DNA of 64,000 nt from Octopus sinensis (Eukaryota), in NCBI RefSeq assembly GCF_006345805.1, contig NC_042998.1, forward strand, positions 129,084,001-129,148,000, in the 5' to 3' direction. Within the stretch, counting starts at the first letter, position 1. Each line of letters begins with the position of its first letter. Shown here piece by piece: positions 57,323-64,000 of this stretch. The notes under the pieces are model-generated. The model saw only the letters and a list, made by a program, of their open reading frames with translations. It was not told the origin of the DNA and did not search any database. The position numbers were made by a program, and so were the translations under genes.

Positions 57323-57692
57323 GGAAGGGTGAACAGTGAGTAGACAAGTTAAAGAGGGACTATTAAATATATCCAATATAATCTCATATTTAAATGGATA
57401 CATCAATATACAAACGCGTACATATATATCCATGGATCTTGCATCCATATATATATATATATATATATATGCATACTTAAAACCATATGCAGATATATAT
57501 ATATATATATATATACATACACACACACGCACACACATCCACACACCCACATAAATATAAATATGTATTCCTTTATGTATAAACCTATATTTAGATACAA
57601 TTACACCCCCATACACACACACACACATATATATATATATACATTGTATAGGTATATATACCAACATACACACGCATACATTTATCTCTCTG

Positions 57693-57728
<36 letters not shown>

Positions 57729-58661
57729 CATATATACATCTATGCATGAGCGTATATATAAGAAGAGATTGTTAAAATGCGTGGAAAGAAACTATATTCA
57801 ATGCTATGTCAATCTACATTAACACAGTAGCACGCACATACACATAGAAATATTTTATTTACCAATGCACGTATGTGCATACGCATACGTATTCATTCTC
57901 GTCTTATCTACACAAATATTTCTCTGTTCAACTCTCACCTGCTACTTATTTAATTGAAAGAGAAAAAAGTATACGAAAACAAGAAATGCAAAAGAAAGAT
58001 GAAAGAAATAATACAAAGAAACTAAAGTCAGAATGATGAAACAGAAAATGCAAACAAACAACCGAACAATAACAAAAACGATCTTATTTCGTATTGAGCT
58101 ATCAGCATGAAGTGAATTGATATGATGTCGGTTAGGGGGTGAATACGCAGTGGCTTATATATAGAAATAGACGTATACGCACACATAATATAATGGGAGC
58201 ATGGTGTCAGAGAGAGAGATGAGAAGAGAGAGAGAGAGAGAGAGAGGAGTAGAGAGACGAGAGGAGAGAGAGAGGAGAGAGGAGGAGAGAGAGAGAGAGA
58301 AGAGAGATGAGGGAAGGTGAACAGTGAGTAGACAAGTTAAAGGGGGACTATTAAATATATCAATATAATCTCATATTTAAATGGATACATCAAATACAAA
58401 CGCGTACATATTATCCATGGATTTGCATCCATATATATATATATATATATATGCATACTTAAAACCATATGCAGATATATATATATATATATATATACAT
58501 ACACACCACACGCACACACATCCCACACCCCACATAAATATAAATATGTATTCCTTTATGTATAAACCTATATTTAGATACAATTACACCTCCATACACA
58601 CACACATATATATATATTGTATAGGTATATATACCAACATACACACGCATACATTTATCTC

Positions 58662-58727
<66 letters not shown>

Positions 58728-59211
58728 CATATATACATCTATGCATGAGCGTATATATAAGAAGAGATTGTTAAAATGCATGGAAAGAAACTATATTCAA
58801 TGCTATGTCAATCTACATTAACACAGTAGCACGCCACATACACATAGAAATATTGTATTTACCAATGCACGTATGTGCATACGCATACGTATTCATTCTC
58901 GTCTTATCTACACAAATATTTCTCTGTTCAACTCTCACCTGCTACTATTTAATTGAAAGAGAAAAAGTAAAAAAGTATACGAAAACAAGAAATGCAAAAG
59001 AAGATGAAAGAAATAATACAAAGAAACTAAAGTCAGAATGATGAAACAGAAAATGCAAACAAACAACCGAACAATAACAAAAACGATCTTATTTCGTATT
59101 GAGCTATCAGCATGAAGTGAATTGATATGATGTCGGTTAGGGGGTGAATACGCAGTGGCTTATATATAGAAATAGACGTATACGCACACATAATATAATG
59201 GGAGCATGAGT

Positions 59212-59216
<5 letters not shown>
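57318..59216. repeat. Tandem direct duplication of ~0.9 kb (period ~1 kb), bounded by (GA)n
   Basis: 57318-58210 and 58307-59216 are near-identical apart from small indels and microsatellite length differences. Confidence 0.93.
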
Positions 59217-59275
<59 letters not shown>

Positions 59276-59439
59276 AGAAAGAGAAAGAGAGAGAGAGCGA
59301 GCGAGTGAGACAGAGAGAGTGAGAGAGAATTATTAACATTCACTCATAATAATGTACACACATACACCCACACAACACATATCTATTCATGTATGCATGC
59401 ATACATACATTCCTAAATACATACATACATTTCGATTTT

Positions 59440-59475
<36 letters not shown>

Positions 59476-59527
59476 AGGTATAAGAAATTGAAGTGACAAA
59501 GGATTAAACAATTATCTTATGAACCTC

Positions 59528-59612
59528 ATAGCTTACAGCTGTTTCTGCTATGAGATGCAGTGGACTTAGAGTTAGGTGCCTGGGTATCACCTTAGAGCGT
59601 CATCGGAGTTTC
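59528..59612 (-). ncRNA. Hammerhead-like motif (CCGAUGA core, branched stem II, palindromic stem III)
   Basis: Minus strand: GAAACT-CCGATGA-cGCTCTAAG(AGGTG..CACCT)..CTCATAGCa-GAAAC AGCT GTA-AGCT. Confidence 0.55.
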
Positions 59613-61111
59613 AAATATGGGGTATAATTTATTCAGGAAAACATTTACATTTATGTATATACTCTGAAATATATTATCAATGAGAAAACAAAGATGTATG
59701 CGGGGAATGAAATTTAGGAGCTACTCCCATATGAAGCTACCTACTTCCCCGCTTGTCTGCCTGCCTACTTACGTACATTTGCTCAACAACCCCTGATGCC
59801 ATGAATATATAATAGAAAGAACTTGTTACTTAGTTGCATCTGTATAGCTAACTTTGCATCACACATGGCAAACATTAAAACCAAAGAGCTATCCTACACT
59901 AATAACCACAACCCTCATCTCTCATGAAACTTCATTAAGCTTATTGTCTGTTTGAAATTTTATGCCCTAAAATGAGTTATGTTCCGCGTAGCTGTTTTTC
60001 AGTGCCTACAGTGCCTACAAAATACATTGCAATGCACTCAAATCGTAGAGCGGTATAACTGCAAACACCTTCAAATACAGATTCTATTATCAAGTGCATT
60101 CATTCAGACGGATGAACGGATAACACCTTTTCTTAGTACACATTCTTGCTAAAAGACACTAATATAATATCAATTGAACATTACTATAATTTCACTACTA
60201 TAATATCAGTTGGATGGCTACCAATCACAATGAAGTATACTATCAGAATGACAAATTATATTTTGTGTAATTCGTGCCATGGAGAATCATGTCACTCCGA
60301 ATTTAAAATTTAACTCGATTCCATTTTATTTGTAGAGGTGCAAATATCTACTGAAAAGCAATGAAACAGATGGCAATGACATCATGTGTTCACTAATATA
60401 TCTTTGAAATATCTCCGTCCCACGTACAACTAACTTTCTTTTCTCTGTATTACATATTTTAACACCTACTTCATGTATCTTATATTCCGTACTGTTTCTT
60501 ATAATAGCCACAGCTAGCAACTTATACTTTGCTAATATCTTTCAATCCGAATACTCTGCTGGAAATGTACTTATCTACGATGTTCATATGTCCTTAGATT
60601 CTCAGATTTCTTGTTCTCTGATTCCACCTACTTCGTAAAGCGTTGTTTTGCGATAATGATACATTTATTTTAGAAACTTTATATTTCGACATTTTATAGC
60701 ACTAATAAATATTTTCTATTTTCTATCTAGCTTTTATAATTGCTGAATTATGTACATAATTTTTTTATGTTTAAGCTCAATCGTCAACCAATTCATAAAG
60801 TATTCTTAAATGAATATTTTCGTTCGTTACTTTTGCTTATTTACTCTTTCTATAAATCTTATTTATAAACTGTCATATATTTTTCAATTTTTTAAACTCA
60901 GAAATGAGGATCTCAAGTGGGTCTTTTTCATGCATACATGTATAACTGTACAATGCATATAGGTATAACTATAGAAGTAATTACGGTGATACGCAAATCC
61001 ACAAAAGAAAATTAAACTCTCGCTTACGTACACACACAAATATGTATGTATATACGTATGCATTTATGTATATATGTATACATGCAGTTACATATATATA
61101 TATATATATAT

Positions 61112-61196
<85 letters not shown>

Positions 61197-61554
61197 ATCA
61201 GGTTAGTAGAGTTAGAGGTTTGAATAACCGTATATACATACATACATATACATACATCAATACATATATACATACGTAGATACATACATACATACGTACG
61301 TACATACATACATGCATACATGTACTTTAGAGTTATTTGTGTTTTGGATGTCACTGTAATTAGTTATATGTATGCAAAAAAAATGTATGGTGATTGTCGG
61401 TTTGACAAACTGTTGTTTTGTAGCCTATGTATATTTGCAAACAGTTTTCTTGTACTGAGCGTTTTCTTGTTCAGGTTTGTTCCTTTGTTCTGCTGTTCTT
61501 TAGTGATTGTATAGCGTAGCTAACATTTTGGTGCTTTTGTTATATACGTATAAA

Positions 61555-61930
61555 CTAGCTGACGTACCAGTAATTCCCGGTAAAGCGGGGGCTTATCCTT
61601 TGGTTCCGTTCTCATAATTGTTTCGCTAATCCAATAACAACAACACAAAGGATGTAGCCCTTAAAACGGTTTTCGTGCATTTACAGAGAATACGGAACTG
61701 TCTTACACAGGAGCTTGTTTTTAGGAATTCCCAATAAGTTATGAATACCCAAATTGTAAAATCAGTTATGTAATAACATGAAGTTAGTTACTCGATAGTA
61801 AGAATTCAAATAAAGTAGCCCCGAAAAGGGCTTTAATGAGTTCCCAGAGAATATTACCCCCAGAGGCGCTAGTGGTGAAATAGATTATCAATGAATGTAG
61901 AAACAGACTGACATTTAGTTTTACAGTAGA
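61555..61930 (-). mobile_element. Non-autonomous Helitron, 376 bp
   Basis: Minus strand A|TC...CTAG|T termini; hairpin TACCGG-GAATTA-CTGGTA 6 nt before CTAG; no TSD. Confidence 0.8.
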
Positions 61931-62050
61931 TATACAAATAAATTTGTATATATATTTAAAAATTAAATAACCTGTAGATTATCAATACATTTACAACACT
62001 TAAATATATTACAGTTAAAAAATAAATACCTGATGATTAGGTAAATCTTA

Positions 62051-64000
62051 TTAAATTTGCAGAGCGTCTTGATAAACAACACTTTTGTTCTTTCGTTGTG
62101 GGGCATAAATAAACAAATGATTAGGATTGCCGACTCTTGAGCATCCGACATAAAGTTGGCCATGGGAGAAAACTGGCTCCGCAAGGTTCAGACCTGCCAC
62201 GTTCAAGGACTGTTTCTGGGCGCTGTTAATGGTCATTGCAATGCTCAGTTTCAACGGGAAATGCAGGCGCTTGTACTGGAAAGGTACATCCAAGGAAATA
62301 AGTGGAATTCTAGGAATGAATACAGGCTCACCGCTTGCTTTACCAATTGTTGTATCCAAGTTTGTTGGCATAATCTTCTTTATTATAAGTAGTGTGTCGT
62401 TGCAAAGCTTTGGTGGAAGAGGTTTCGAAGTAGCGTAGCTGGGGCCCCAATCCTGGGGTGAAAGTTGTGAGGTGGGAGACAAGCTGGTGTTAGACTATTC
62501 AAGAATTCAACTGGATAATTCACGGCTTCATCGATGTTGAGTACAGCGTCATTGGAATTGTAGATGTGATGCTCACCTGGCAACTGCTCCAGAAGTTTAA
62601 AGTTCAAATCATTAACTCCCATATTCTTTGGAGCTAAAATGGCACGGGTTTTCAGCCAGTTGTGGTATGTAAACTGGTTCCTCAGGTTAGGGAACACTTT
62701 GTTCATTAGTTCCTTTAAATCAGATACCATATGTCCAAAGGGTAAGCTTGTCCGTCCATACTTCTCGCCAGCCAAAGTGCCATTACCGACATCCAACAGC
62801 TGCTTTGAAAAAGTTGTCTGCATCATCACTATGAACTGCACTTTCATGCTGGTTGTGAGTCTTAGCTTTTGCACTCTGCTCCATATGTAGGATGATTTTA
62901 TGCTGGCATTTACTTCATCAGCTCTTGTCCCCTTTGGAACCACTGGAAGGGTTTGTCGAAAGTCTCCTGCAAACAAGACTGTGGCACCTCCCATGAGCCT
63001 GGTGTTTTGTCTCAGAACCTGAAGGGACATGTCAAGAGCTTCAAAGGAAACCTTATGGCTCATTGTCGCTTCATCCCAGATGATCAACCTGCATTCATCC
63101 TGAAGTTTGCCTTTTATAGAACCACGACTGATGTTGCAGCTTGCCTTCTCTTTCTTGGATAGGTCCAAAGGATGCTTGAGACAGGAATGAGCTGTGCGGT
63201 CACCACTTAGCAGAGTTGCAGCTGTTCCACTTGCCGCCACTGCTATGGCATTGTGCTTCATATGGCGCAGTTTAGCCAGAAGAACTTTGATGACAAATGT
63301 TTTACCGGTTACACCTGGATCATCCAGAAAGAAAAAGACCTACTCTTTCATTTTCAGTGATCGAAATAATGGTGTTATAAACACCTAGTTGGTCATCCAT
63401 CAGTTTGTATTCTTTATCAGTTATATACGCCGTCATTTCCTCGATGTCATAGCTGATTTCTCATAGGTACTCAATTGCGAGATTGTTTGCTGCATGCCCC
63501 GGATGAAACAGATCAAATGTGGAATTGCCTTGACCTCCTATTGCTTGCACTCGGATGTCCAGGTTAAGTAATGCCTCATTGTAAATGGTGTTATTGAACG
63601 CGGTAATTTCCGCCGAGGTTTGCTTTTGAATTCTTTCTAGATGTCCTCTGCCATGCTAGTTTTTTGAATCGCGCAAAGCTTGTGAGGTTCACGCAAGCCA
63701 CATGTCATCAACATAATGAAAAATAGCTGGCGCAGTTGACTTAGCGCTGTGATGATTGCTGTCACCTTCAGTGTCTGGTCCCAGCGAGCATCGTCCTCCA
63801 GTAGTCCATGTTTGACGCAGGCTTCTTCTATAGGTCGTATAGACTTCCCATTGTTTCTTCGAAAGTTTTTGAATGATGTAGTACCTCTGATAGCGTGTAG
63901 CAGTAGATGCAGAAAGAAACACTCCTGCTGATTAAGGTACACATTGTACACCCACCTGATAGCCCCATTTCGAAGGCAGCATCTTCTTCCCAGCCCTCAA
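62051..64000 (-). pseudogene. Helitron Rep-helicase, PIF1-like helicase half, frameshifted; continues beyond the window
   Basis: LDDPGVTGKTF (Walker A); ASGTAATLL; IIWDEATM; GDFRQTLPV; AILAPKN; AMTINSAQKQSL; HGQLYVGCSRV. Confidence 0.93.

Noticed and set aside
62383-63261. 292-aa PIF1-like ORF as a host PIF1 gene
   Set aside because: Intronless, frameshifted and contiguous with Helitron Rep-helicase linker sequence.

Overview
An AT-rich eukaryotic window, dense in microsatellites, with no intact host gene that I can identify. The SINE families present resemble those of Octopus (inferred from recognition, not searched). Most of the ORF track is translated (TA)n, (CA)n, (TCTA)n, (TACA)n and (GA)n. 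The real content is transposable-element remains. DNA transposons: a full-length hAT/Buster element with TIRs and an 8-bp TSD (22045-25052), a full-length inactive mariner (50205-51440), a Helitron Rep-helicase remnant, two non-autonomous Helitrons and a small hAT-type MITE. Non-LTR retrotransposons: Tx1/L1, RTE, R4/Dong-like, L2/Crack-like and Penelope-like fragments. There are also at least three SINE-like families. The most interesting signals are: (1) several hammerhead-ribozyme-like motifs with a palindromic stem III, two of them with a variant CCGAUGA core, including one in a 541-bp unit arranged as a direct plus inverted repeat between (TA)n tracts; (2) a Nin/Deu-domain SINE whose 3' tail matches the 3' end of the Tx1-like LINE in this window, plus a SINE trimer inside an 18-bp TSD; (3) three R4-like 3' ends stacked in (TACA/TACC)n microsatellite. 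All alignments and folds were made by eye.
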